Part shown: in pieces, positions 1 to 13,469 of the stretch
Numbering within the stretch: the first letter of the stretch is position 1
Layout of the letters: each line of letters begins with the position of its first letter
DNA from: Lama guanicoe
Lineage: Eukaryota
NCBI GenBank assembly: GCA_013239625.1
Contig: PNXV01004830.1
Span: 1-64,000 of the forward strand
Direction of reading: 5' to 3'
DNA: 64,000 nucleotides
Program-made: the position numbers and the translations under genes
Notes under the pieces: model-generated
The model's database searches: none
Told to the model about the DNA's origin: nothing
The model's input: only the letters and a program-made list of their open reading frames with translations

Positions 1-108
1 CTTTTGGCCATATGCATAGAATTTTCCAACAAGTTCCCTTATGGAAATGTAACGGGTAAGGATGAATTCTGCTTTGTATCATCATAGAAAAACACTTTCT
101 GTGACTTG

Positions 109-3100
109 GAAAGAAGCCTATATCACGGATCTGAAATAACTTCTCTTAAGTTTGCCCCGAGATTTCAAATTGAACCAAGGTTGGAAATGTAACTGGACAT
201 CATGCCAAGAGAGGTCATAGATGTGGGAGAAGATCTCTCCCTACCAAGCTTCTTGTGCTGCAACTCAGACAATCATTCCAATCTGGGAACCAAATGGTAA
301 AGGTGGAGAAACTTCACAGGTGTCAGGGGAGCACTGACTTTCCACAAGTAGCCTGTGTTCCTGTCCCGAACGGCCTCGGATACAACTCATGATAGAAACA
401 CAAAGAGACCATCAATAGACTCAGATGTTCTGAAGCATTCTAAGCAAGGAGGAAAGAGGATTGTTGGAACGGTACTTCTAATTTCCAGCAGATCAACCCC
501 AACATTCACAGGTGATGCATCTTGGGACTAAAATGAGTGCATAATAATTTCCTTCACCTGCGTTGTTGGTGTAAGAGGATTTTTGTGTTGGGGAAACAAG
601 CCAGAATCCAAGTTCTGGTAGTCCTTTTCACACACTTGCATTGAGTCTGCTCCCTTCATCTCCTCTTGTAATGTCTTAAGGAAAGTCACCTGCATAGTTG
701 GAAATTTGTCAACAGAATGTCTCTTGAAAATGAGGGGCTGTGTAATGCATCTTTTAGGTATCTGCCACTAGAGGAAAGACTTTGTGTGGGAAACCTACTT
801 CTGCCTAGTTGGGATCACATAAGTGGTGGGATTGAAGAACAATTCTATGTCAAAATTGTAATTGAGTCCATTCATTGATGCCCCTGTGAATTCCTGAAGC
901 TCCCCCAAATGAAAGTCTTGATCGAGCAAGTTTCCACATGCTGAAAGGACTACTTGGACTGAATGAAGCACTTTGTATTAGATGCACCCAGGCTTGTAAT
1001 CCCGTTCCCATCTTGGATTTGCATACATGTGAATGTTATCAGGCTTCTGCCCGTTTTCAAATGTGAGGGTTTTGTCTTTGGTTTATGAGCCTGTCTTCAT
1101 ATTCTGTAAAAGTTTACTGCAACCTGAATTTCCTTTCTCAACTTCAGTCATATTGAAATGAGTTATAGCTGGCATGAAGTGTTGGTGAGACAAAGATACT
1201 TTTGAGAGTGTCTCTCCTACACTGATGCCCTGTGTTCCACAGTTTTAGAATCTTTCAATCTTAGTAAACAACTTGAGTTCTGGTGAGTTGACGTGATCCA
1301 AGATTTTGATAGAACACAGCACGCTGGCAAGAACTGTCCATGAGTACTTGGAAACGCCTTTTCACAAGCTCGGCCTCAGTACGCCAGCTTCCCCAAATTT
1401 TGCAATGTCCACAAAAGTCATCCAAAGGAAGAAGCAAAGAATGCTGCTAGCAATCCTCTTTCAATTCATGCCTGCGTCAAACAAATGCTTGCCCTGCATT
1501 CATTTCAGGGACAGAAGGGCCGTGGGATATTCCCATCTTGGGAATTGATGGCAAAATCAGGGATTTTCATGTTTGGCCTGAGCTATCCCTCCATGTTGTG
1601 AAGGAACATCTGGTAAATTAACATTAAGACACCTCGTCTCATCTGAGTCAACAGCAGCTGTTTCAAAATCTAAGAATTATGCTGAATGTTTGGTGCAGAC
1701 AACACCACTTCAGCATTAGTTCTGGTGAACTTCAACTATGTAACTTCCCTATCTGGTGGAATACGATGTGGGACAACTTTTATTGCACTAACATTTTGGG
1801 GACACATTGATCTTCAAGAATGGAAGGGAGCCCATTTGCTCATTTGGATAGGCCTATCTTCATTACCCAATACAGATGTGTTACATCAGCCTTTATGGAA
1901 TTTTGCAGGAAGAAGAGCAAGAAAGAAAACTGCTTGGAGTTTAACCTCTCCTAAATGAGTGCTTGGGTTCAATATATCCTATAACAATTCTCAAATTTGT
2001 ATAAGGCTTTTTTGGAAGAAATTCCCCCCATCATCTTGGTTGCAAATCAGAATATTCTGGAAGTTGGGAAATGGCCGTGTGTCTGTGTTTCACAAGGTCT
2101 TGGCTCCTATTCCAAGTGGATCATAGTTATTCAGATATGTTGAACTAACTTTTTGAATGTGACAGAGATTGTGGAAAGTCATTAATAGGAGAGGCTCTAT
2201 GACCTTCGGCTACATGCACACAACCTTCCAACTTGTTTGCTGCTCAAAATAGAATTTGTAAGAATGATTTCCATCTTGTGCCTTTTTAGGAAAATGGGTT
2301 TCTGTGAATGGGAAAGAAGCCTATGTCTCGGTTCTGAAGCAGTTTCTCTAAACATGATCTTGAGATGCCGAATTGAACACAGCTTGAAACCGATAGTGGA
2401 GAGCATGACAACAATGGTGGTAGAAGTGGGAGAGTTCTTCCTACGCAGCTTATTGTTCTGAATCTCAGACACTTATCCCACACTTGGAATCAACTGGAAA
2501 ATAAGCAAAAACCTCATAGGCCTCATCATGAGCACTGAGATTCATGACTTCCCAAATTAATCTATGTTCCTGCACTGAAAAACCTGGGTGCCAGATCCAC
2601 TTTGGAACAGCCTCAGCCCCTCACTTGACACTGCTTACTGGAAGCATCTGAATGATGGTGCAAAGAAGATTGTTTGGATGGGTGTTGTAATTATGCTCAC
2701 ATCAACACAAACATTGGCAATTGACCTGTACTGTTAATACAATGAGTGTGGGCAATGTCCCTCATTGGCCCTGTCATGATAATGGAGTGTTTGTGTTGTA
2801 GGGAAGCAAGCATAACTACGGGATCTGATAAGCTTTCTCACACTCTTGCAATGAGGTAGGTCACTTCATCTCGGCATCAGTTGTCTTTGGGCAATTGCCC
2901 ACGAAGTTGCAAATATTGCCCACAAAGTGTCTCTTGAGGAAGACGTGCTGTGCAATGCATCTTGTTGGTTTTTATCACTATAGTAAAGATTATGTGTGGG
3001 AAACTTAATTCTGCCTCCTTGGGATCACCATGTTTGAGAGATAGAGATACAATCCAATGTCTTACTTGTGATTGAGGCCATGCATTCAAACCCCCAGTGA

Positions 3101-4564
3101 AATCTCCAAGTTCACCTCACTGAACATGTCGATAGAGAAAGCATCCACTTGCTGATAGGACTTCTTGGACAGGAGAAAGCACTTCATGTTTGATGCACCC
3201 TGTCTTACTTTTGCCACAAATTCACAAGAAGGGAATCTCCCACAGCCCTTCTTTTCCTAATTTAGGCTCAAACACATGATGAAGTTTTCAGTTTTCTGCC
3301 ATTTTTCGAATATGTGGCTTCTCTCTATGGCACATGAGCCTGTCACCATGTTCTGTAAGATTTCATGCAACCTGCCTTCTGTTCCTCAATTTCAGCCATC
3401 TTCGAATGCATACTCATTGGCATCAGTTGTTGGTGTGATCATGAAGTGTGTGAAAATGTCCCCTAGATAGGACGTGCTGTGCACCTCAACTTTTGAACTC
3501 TTGGAAATATGGATACATGTGTGGAGAGGATAAGCTGATTTTATCCCAGGCTTTGGATGCGCAGACTTCTATCTAAGGGAAAGAATGGTCCATTCGTACT
3601 CTTAGATGCTTCTACTGAATTCTGTCCTTCATATATCAGCTTCTACTTGATCTTCTCTGTCCAAAGATAGATCCGAGGAATGGTGCAGTAATGCTCTTTA
3701 AAATGTCACCTTCAGTTCATATCATCTGCCCACAAATGTTTCACATATTGTTTTTTGGAAACAGAAGGGACTTGGGAAATTCCATTCTTGGGATATGATG
3801 CTAAAATTATGAAATTCCATGATTAGTCTGAGGTTCCTTTCATGTCATGAAGGTACATCTGTGACTGTGACATTAAGGACTGCATTTCAGCTCAGCCGAC
3901 AGCAGCTCTTTTGAAAGCTATTAGGAATGCTGAGTTATTGTGCAAAGAAAGCCTCTTCAGTGTTCTTTTATGTTAAATTCACCTTCAGAAACGTCCAGAT
4001 TTGGAGGAATACAATGTAGGCCAATTTTCACTTCACTGCCTTATCGGGGACAGATTGACTTTCAGGGACAGAAGTGAGCCCATCTGCACATTCTCATAGG
4101 CCTGGGTTCTTCATTGAATTCAGATAACTTACTTCAGCTCTCATGAATGTTTCTGTATGATGACTGGCAGAAAAGAAGACAGCTTTGTGTGTACTCTGTC
4201 CAGAATGAGTGGTGTTTCAGTTCAATTTGTCCTGTAACATTTCTCAATTTTGGATAATGCACCTATGAACAATATTCACCCTATCTGTTTCGTTGGAAGA
4301 CAGAGTATTTAAGCATTTGGGAAACGGGTCTATTTCAGTAGTCCACGAAAGCTTGTCCTCTACTACACATGGAATCTGGATTTTATCAGATGTTGAATTG
4401 TCTTTACAAAAGTGAGAAAATCTGTGGCAAGCTGCTTGAAGGAAAGTCTCTGTGATCTTCGGCTATATGCACGGAAACTTCCAACATGTTTCCTTATGGA
4501 AATGAAATGGGTAAGGATGATTTCTGCCTTATTATGTCATGGTTAGGACACTTTCTGTGGCTTG
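109..4564 (+). repeat. HOR dimer (X 109-2311, Y 2312-4564)
   Basis: Anchor spacing. X carries GTTCCCATCTTGGA-type sequence; Y carries the ~40-bp longer CACAAGAAGGGAATCTCCCACAGCCCTTC segment at the same position. Confidence 0.9.
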
Positions 4565-7500
4565 GAAAGAAGCCTATATCCCTGTTCTGAGACATTTTCT
4601 CTCAAATGTCTTCCAAGATATCAAACTTAACCAAGCTTGAAAATTTTCCTGGATGGCATGCCACGGAGTGGTCATAGATGTGAGAGAAGATTTCTCCCTA
4701 CCAAGCTTATTGTGCCAAATCTTTGACAATCATCCCACTCCGGGAACCAAACTGTAAATTTGGAGCAGCTTTGCATGACTCAGGGGAGCACTGAGTTTCC
4801 ACGTTTACCCTAAGTAGCCTGTGTTCCTGTCCTGAATGGCCTTGGCTCCAACTCATCATAAAAACACAAAGAGACCCTCATCAGACCCAGCTGTTATGAA
4901 GAATTCTAAACAAGTATGAAAGAGTATTGTTTGTAATGATCTTCTAATTTCCAGCAGATCAACCCTCATGTACACAGGTGACGAATCTTGGGGATAAAAT
5001 AAGTGCAAAATAATTTTCTTCACATAAGTTGGGTAAGAAAATTTTGTGTTGTGTAAGCAAGCCAAAATCCAAGTTCTGATGATAGTCCTTCTCACACACT
5101 CGCATTGAGTCTGCTCCCTCCGTTTCCTCTAATACTGTTTTTCAGAAAGTCACCTGCGAAGTTGGAAATTTGTCAATTTAATGTCTCTTGAAAATGAAGG
5201 GCTGTGCAATGCAACATTTAGTTATCTGCCACTAGAGGAAATAGTGTATGTGGGAAACCTCCTTCTGCTTGTTGGCAGCACATAAGTCGTGGGGTTGAGT
5301 ACCCATCCTATGATGAAATTGTGAGTGAGGCCACACATTTAAACCCCCTGTGAATACCTGAATCTCCCCACATTGATCGTTTCAATCGAGCAAATTTCCA
5401 CATGCTGAAAGGACTACTTGGACAGAATGAAGCACATTGTGTTAGCTGCACCCAATCATGTAAAACTGTTCCCAAGGTTGGATTTGCATACATGTGTAAG
5501 TTATAGGTCTTCTACCCATTTTGAAACACGCAGCTTTTTTCTTTGGTGTATAAGCCTACTTTCACGTTCCATAAGATTCCACTGTAACCTGAATTTCCTT
5601 CCTCAACTTCAGCCATCTTAAAATGAATTCTTGCTGGCATGAAGTTATGGTGAGAAAAAGGATCTTGTGAGAGTCTTTCCTAATTTGATGCCCTGTGTTC
5701 CACAGTTTAGAATCTTTCACTCTTGGGAACAATTTGGGGTCATGCGGGTTGACATGATCCAAGATTTTGGTAGAGCACAGCTTGCAGGCAAGAACTGTCC
5801 ATGCATACTTGGAGAGGCCTTTTCACAAGTTTGGACTCAGTAGCAAGCTTCCCTAGATTTTATGCAGAAGGCATCCAAGGGAAGAAGCAAAGATTTCTGC
5901 TTGCAGTCCTCTTGCAATTCGGGTCTGCTTCAAATGAATGCTTGCCTTGCGTTTCATTTCAGGGACTGAAGGGCCATGAGATACTCCCTTCTTGGGACTT
6001 GATGGCAAAAGCAGGGATTTTCATGTTTGGCCTGAGTTATCCCTCCATGTTGTGAAGGTACATATGGCAAAGTGACATTAAGACACCTCAGCTCAGCTGA
6101 GTCAACAGAAGCTGCTTCAAAATATGAGGAATGGTGAATGTTCGGTGTAGACAACCCATATGCAGCATTATTTCAGGTAAATTCACCTTCTGTAACTTCT
6201 CTATCTGGAGGAATACAATGTGGTCCAGTTTCCATTACACTGCCTTGTTGGGGACACATTGATCTTCAAGGATGGAAGTGAGCCCATTTACACATTTGGA
6301 AAGACCTCTATTCATTATTCAGTGTAGATAATTTACTTAAACCGTTATGAAGATTTCTGTAGGAAGAAAAGCAAGAAAGAAGATAGCTTGGAGGGTAACC
6401 TCTCCTAAATGAGTTCTTGGGTTCAACATATCCTGTAATAATTTTCAATTTTAGATAAGACATATTTGAAAGAAATTCACTGGTTAACTTTGGTTGCAAG
6501 TCAGAGTATTATGGCAGTTGGGAAGTGGCTGTGTGTCACTGTTCCACAAGATTGTGGTTCCTATTCCAAATGGAATGACAGTATTCCTCTTATTTTGGAC
6601 TAACTTTATGAAAGAGAGGGCAATGTGAAAATCCATTTGTAGAAGAGTCTCTACGACATTCGACTACATGCAAGGGAGATTCCAACATGTTAGTTTCTCA
6701 AACTGGAAAGGGTAAGGATGACTTCTGTCTTGTGCACTTTTGGGAAAAATGAGTTTCTCTGAATGGGAGGAGGCCTATGTCTCAGATCAGAAGAAGATTC
6801 TCTAAACATGATTTTGCGTTGTATGATTGAATCCAGCAAGGAACCATTACTGGGAGCATGCCAACCACGGTGGCTGTCATAGAAGATCTCTGCCTACCCA
6901 GCTTATTATTCCGTATCTCAGTCATCCCACCATGGGAATCAAGTAGAAATCATGCAAGAACCTCGCGGGCCTCATAGTGATCACTGATTTATATGGTTTC
7001 CCAAATTATTCTATGTTCCTGCCCTGAATGTCCTGGGCTCCAGCTCCTCTTTGGAACAACCACAGACCCTCACTTGACACTACTTACAGGAAGAATCCGA
7101 ATGAAGCTGCAAAGAACATTGTTTGAATGGGTCTTTTAATTTCTCTTACATCAACCCAAATGTTGGCTGTTGACTCGTACTAGGAATAAAATAAATGAGG
7201 AAAATGATCCTCAACTGCGTTGTCATGATAATGGAGTGTTTGTGTCATTGGGAAGCAAGCATAAATATGAGCTATGATACGCTTTCCCACACTCTCACAG
7301 TGAGGTAGGTCACTTCATCTCTACTATCGTTGTCTTTATGCAATTGCCAGTGAATTTGGAAACATTGCCAAAAGAATGTCTCTTGAGGAAGACGTGCTGT
7401 GCAATGCATCTTGTTGGTTTTTATCACTATAGTAAAGATTATGTGTGGGAAACTTAATTCTGCCTCCTTGGGATCACCATGTTTGAGAGATAGAGATACA

Positions 7501-9016
7501 ATCCAATGTCTTACTTGTGATTGAGGCCGTGCATTCAAACCCCCAGTGAAATCTCCATGTTCACCTCACTGAACGTGTTGATCAAGGAAATTTCCAATTG
7601 CAGAAAGGACTACTTGGACAGGGGAAACCACGTCATGTTAGGTGAACCCAGTCTTACTTTGGCCACAAATTCACAAGAAGGGAATTTCCCACAGCCCTTC
7701 TTTTCCCACTTAAGTTTCATACACATGAGGAAATTTTCAGGCTTCTATAATTTTTTTAAAAATGCGGCTTCTTTCATTGGCACACAAGCCTATCACCACA
7801 TTCTATAAGAATTCTCTTCAACCTGCCATTCATTCCCCAACCTCAGCCATCGTCGAATGCATGCTCATTAGCATCAGCTGACAGCGAGATCAAGAATCTT
7901 GTGAAAATATCTCCTAGATAGGATGCTCTGTGCTACCAAATTTTAAAGTCTTTCAAATATGGGATACACTAGGGGAGAGGTTAAGTTGACCTTATCCCCA
8001 ACTTTGGAAGTGCAGAGTTCTGCCCAATGGGAAGAACATACCGTCCATACTCTGAGAGGCTTCTATTCAAGTTTGTACTTAGTATTTCAGCTTCTTCTTG
8101 ATCTTCACAGTCCACAGAGTGAATCCAAGTAAATGTGCAAGGGATGCTCTTTGGAAAGTCATCTAAACATCATATCAGCTGTGCAAAACAATTTCACATA
8201 CAGTTCTACTGGGAACAGAAGGGATTTTGGACATTCCCTTCTTGGCATTTGATCATAAACTAGGGATTTCCATGTTTTGCTGAAGTTCCCTGCATGTTAT
8301 GATGGCACATCTGGGAAGGTAATACTAAGGGCTGCATTTCAGTTTAGCCAAAAGAAGCTCTTTGGAAATCTATTATGAAGGCTGAGTTATTGGGGCAAAG
8401 AAACCCTCTTCAGTGTTTCTTTAGCAAATTTCACCTTCAGAAACATCCCTACTTGGAGGAATAAGATGTGGAACAATTTTCAACTCACTGACTCTTTGTG
8501 GACACATTGATTTTCAGGGTCAGAAGTGAGCCCATCTACACAATCTTATAGACCTCTGTTCTTCATCTAACTCAGACAATTTACTTCAGCTCTCATGAAC
8601 GTTTCTGTAAGAAGAATAGCACAAAGGAAGACAGCATTGTTTGTATTCTGTCCTGAATGAGTGGAGCTTCGGTTCATTATATCCTGTAACACTTCTCAAA
8701 TTTGGAGAAGGCACTTTTGAAGAAAATTCAGCTCATCTCATTTGTTGCAAGACAGAGAATTTAGGAATTTGGGAAAAGAGTCTCTTTCAGTGTTCCACAA
8801 AACATTGGACTCTACTGCACAAGTAATCACGGTTTTCTTAGTCATTGAACTGTCTTTTCAAAAGTGAGAAAATCTGTGGCAAGCTGTTTGCAGGAAAGTC
8901 TTTGTGACTTTCGGCTACATAGACAGAACCTTTCAAGATGTTCCCTTATAGCAAAGAAACAGGTAGGTTTGATTTCTGCCTTGTGCCATTATGGTAATAT
9001 CAATTTCTGAGACTTG
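4565..9016 (+). repeat. HOR dimer (X 4565-~6765, Y ~6766-9016)
   Basis: Anchor spacing and X/Y diagnostic segments. Confidence 0.9.
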
Positions 9017-12000
9017 GAAAGAAGCCTATATAACGGTTCTGAATCAATTTCTCTCTATATTGTCTCAAGATGTCAAATTGAACCCAACTTGAAAATTTTC
9101 CTGGACATGATTCAAACAGAAGTGATAGAACTGGAAGAAGATATCTCCCTACCCAGCTCCTTGTGCTGAATTTTGTCAATCACTCCACTCTGGAAACAGA
9201 ATGGTAAATTTGGAGCAAATTTGCAAGCCTCATGGGAGCCCAGAGTTTCCAAGGTTTCCCTAAGTAGCCTGCATTCCTGTCCTGAATGGCCTTGGCTCAA
9301 TCTCTTCATAGAAACACAATCAGCCCCTCAGCAGACCCAGCTGTTATGAAGCATTCAAAGCAAAATTGAAAGAGGATTTTTTGAACATGCCTTCTACTTT
9401 CAGTCAGATCAACCAAAATGTTCACTTATGATGCATTTTTGGAACACAATGATTGTGAAAAAAATTTCTTCACATGCATTTTTGGGATAAGATATTTTTG
9501 TTGTTGTTGGGGAAGTAAGCCAAAATCCTACTTCTGATAGGCCTTCTTACACACTCTTATTGAGTCTGTTCCCTTCATCTCTTGTTGTAGTGTCTTTAGG
9601 AAAGTCACATGCGAAGTTGGAAATGTTGACTATAACCTCTTGAAAATGAGGGGCTGTGCAATTCATCTTGTAAGTATTCGTCACTAGAGGAAAGAGTGTG
9701 TGTGGGAAACATCTTTCTGCAATCTTGGGATAATGTAAGGGGTGCGATTGAGGAACCATCCTCCATCTTCATTGTGACTGAGGCCTTGCATTAAAACCCC
9801 CTGTGAATTCTCGAACCTCCCCCCAATGAAAGTCTCGATCGAGGAAATTTCCACATGATGAAAGGACTTCTTGGACAGAATGAAGCAGTTTGTGTTAGCT
9901 GCACCCAGTCTTGGAAATCTGTTCCCATCTTGGAATTGAGCACATGTGGAAGATTTTGGTCTTCTACCAGTTTTCAAACATGAGAAATTTGTCTTTTACC
10001 TATGATCATGTCTTCATGTTCCATTAGATTACATGCAACCTAACTAAATTTCCTCTATGTTAGCCATCTTGAAATGCATTCCAGCAGGCATGAAGTAATG
10101 GCTAGACAAAGATTCTTGTGAGACATTTTCTCGTATAGGACACCTTGTGTTCCACAGGTTTTAGAATCTTTCACACTTGAGGAACAATTTGGGGTTGGGT
10201 GAGTTGACATGATCCATGATTTTGGTAAAGCAGAGCACACTGGCAAGAACTGTCCGTGTGTACTTGGAAAGGATTTTGTACAAGTTTAGCCTCAGTACCC
10301 CAGCTTCAACTGATATTGCAAGATTGACAGAAGGCATCCAAGGGAAGAAGCAAAGATTGGTGCTAGCAATCACCTTGCAATTTGGGTGTGTTTCAAATGA
10401 ATGCTTGCCCTGCATTTCATTTCAGGGGTAGTAGAGACGTGAGATACTCACTTCTTGGGAATTGATTGCAAAATCAGGGATTTTCAAATTTCACATGAGC
10501 TATCCCTCCATGTTGTGAAGGTACATCTGGCACAGTGACATTAAGACACCTCATCTCAACTGAGACAACAGCAGCTGTTTCAAAATCTATGAGAGATGCT
10601 GAATGTTTTGTGCAGACAACCCATATTCAACATTAGTTCAGGTGAAATTCACCTTCTGTATATTCCCTATTTGGAGGAATATGACATCAGCCAGTTTTAA
10701 TTACACTGCATTGTTGGGGACACAATGATCTTCAAGGACGGAAATGAGGCCACTTGCATATTCGGAAAGGCCTCTGTTCATGATAAAATGTAGATATGTT
10801 ACTTCAGCCATTTGAAGTTTTCTGTAAGAAGAATAGCAAGAAATAAGACAGCTTGGAGGGTAACATCACCTAAATGAGGGCTTGAGTTCAATATATCCTG
10901 TAACATTTCTCCATTTTGAATAAGGCATATTAGAAAGAAATTCAATCCATCACCTTGGTTGCAAATTAGAGTATTTCTGGCAGGTAGGGAACAGCTTTGT
11001 GTCAGTGTTCTACAAGGTCTTGGCTTCTATTCCAAATGGAATCACAGTTTTTCTCTTATGTTGAACTAACTTTATGAAGGAGACAGGGAATGTGGAAGGC
11101 AATTTGTAGGAGGGTGTCCACGACTTTTGGTTAAGTGCATGGGACCTTCCAACATATTCACTGTACAAAATGGAATGGGTAAGGGTGATTTCTGTCTAGT
11201 GCCTTTTTGTGAAACCTGGTTTCTGTGATTGGGAAAGAAGCCTGTGTCCCTGTTCTGAAGCAGTTTCTCTAAACATGATCTTGAGATGTCAAATTGAACC
11301 CAGCTTGAAACCTATTCTGGAGAGCATGCCAACAACGGTGGCAGAAGTGGGAGAAGATCTCTTCATACTCAGTTTATTGTTCCAAAACCCAGACAGTCGT
11401 CCCACTCTGGGAATCAAGTGGAAAATATGCAACAGCCTCTTGGGCCTCATCGTGAGCAATGAGTTCCATGGTTTTCCAAATTAATCTATGTACCTGCCCT
11501 GAATAACTTGGGTACCAGCTCTTCTTTGGAACAGTCACAGACCCTCACTTGACACTGCTTACTGGAAGCATCCAAATAAAGGAGCAAAGAAGATTGAATG
11601 GGTCTTGTAATTTTGCTCACATCAACACAAACGTTGGCACTTGATCCATAATGTTAATAAAATGAATGCGGACAATGTACCTTATCTGTGCTGTCGTGAT
11701 AATGGAGTGTTTGTGTTGTTGGAAAGCAAGCACAACTACGAGCTCACACTACCACAGTGAGGCAGGCCACTTCATCTCTGCCTCAGTTGTCTTTTGGCAA
11801 TTGTCTGCGATGTTGAAAACTTTCCCAACAGAGTGTCTCTTGTGGAAGAAGTGCTGTGCAATGCATCTTGTTAGCTTTTGTCACTAGAGGAAGGATTGTG
11901 TGTTGGAAATATCCGTCTGCATTTTTGTGATCACCAATTTTGAGGGACTGAGAAACAATCCAATGTGTTACTAGTGATTGAGGCCTTACATTCAATCCCC

Positions 12001-13469
12001 CAGTATAATCTCCATGTTCACCACACTGAACATGTTGATCGAGAAAATTTCCACTTGGTGAAAGGACTACTTGTTCAGGAGAAATCATTTTGTGCTGGAT
12101 GCACCTAGTGTTACTTTTACCGCTAATTAACAAGAAGGTAATCTCCAACAGCACTTCTTTTCCCACTTCAGGATCAAACACAAGAAGAAGATTCCAGACT
12201 TCTGCCATTTTTCGAATATGCAGCTTCTCTCTTTGGCACATGAGCCTATGAAATGTTCTGTAAGTATTAACCACAACCTGCCTTTCGTTCCTCAACTTCA
12301 GCCATCTTTGAATGCATTCTCTTTAGCATCAGTTGATGGTAAGATCAAGAACCGTATGAAAATGTCTTTTATTTAGGATGCTCTGTGAGCCTCAAATTTT
12401 AGTCTTGCAAATCTGGGATGCACTTGGGGAGAAGTTTAGCTTACATTATCCCAGACATCAGAAGCACACACTTTTGCCTAAGAAGAAGAACGGTCCATCC
12501 ATTCTCTGAGAGGATTCCACTGAAGTTCATCCTTAGTATATCAGCTTCTCATTGATCTTCACTCTCCACACAGAATGCAAGTAAATGTGTGAAGAATGCT
12601 CTGTAGAAAGTCACCTTTAGTTCATATCAGCTGTGCACAATTGCTTCACATATGGTCCTTTGGGGAACAGAAAGGACATGGGGAAATTCCCTTCTTGGGA
12701 TTTGATGATAAAAGCAGGGATTTCCATGATTGGTCTGAGGTTCCCTGCATGTAATGAAGGTACATCTGTGAATGTGACATTAAGAACCATATTTCAGCTC
12801 AGCTGACAGCAGCTCTTTTGAAAGCTATTAGGAATGCTGAGTTATTGTGCAAAAAACCCTCTTCAGTGTTCCTTTATTTTAAATTCACCTTCAGAAACGT
12901 CCATATTTGGAGGAATATGATGTAGGCCAATTTTCACTTCACTGCCTTATCGGGGACAGACTGATTTTCAGGGACAGAAGTGAGCCCATCTGCAGATTCT
13001 CATAGGCCAGAGTTCTTCATCGTATTCAGATAATTTACTTCAGCTCTCATGAATGTTTCTGTACGATGACTGGCAGAAAAGAAGACTACTTTGTGTGTAC
13101 TCTGTCCAGAATGAGTGGTGTTTCAGTTCAATTTGTCCTGTAACATTTCTCAATTTTGGATAATGCACCTATGAACAATATTCACCCTATCTGTTTCGTT
13201 GGAAGACAGAGTATTTAAGCATTTGGGAAACGGGTCTATTTCAGTAGTCCACAAAATCTTGGCCTGTACTGAACTTGGAATCACTGTTTTCTCAGATGTT
13301 GAGCTTTCTTTAAAAAGTGAGAAAGTCTGTGGCACGACGTTTGTAGGAAAGTCTCTGTGACCTTTGTATATAAACACAGAATCCTCCAACATATTCCCAT
13401 ATGGAAATGAGATGAGTAAGGATTATTTCTGCCTTGTTCCGTCATAGCAATTACAATTTCTGTGACTTT
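9017..13469 (+). repeat. HOR dimer (X 9017-11232, Y 11233-13469)
   Basis: Anchor spacing and X/Y diagnostic segments. Confidence 0.9.
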
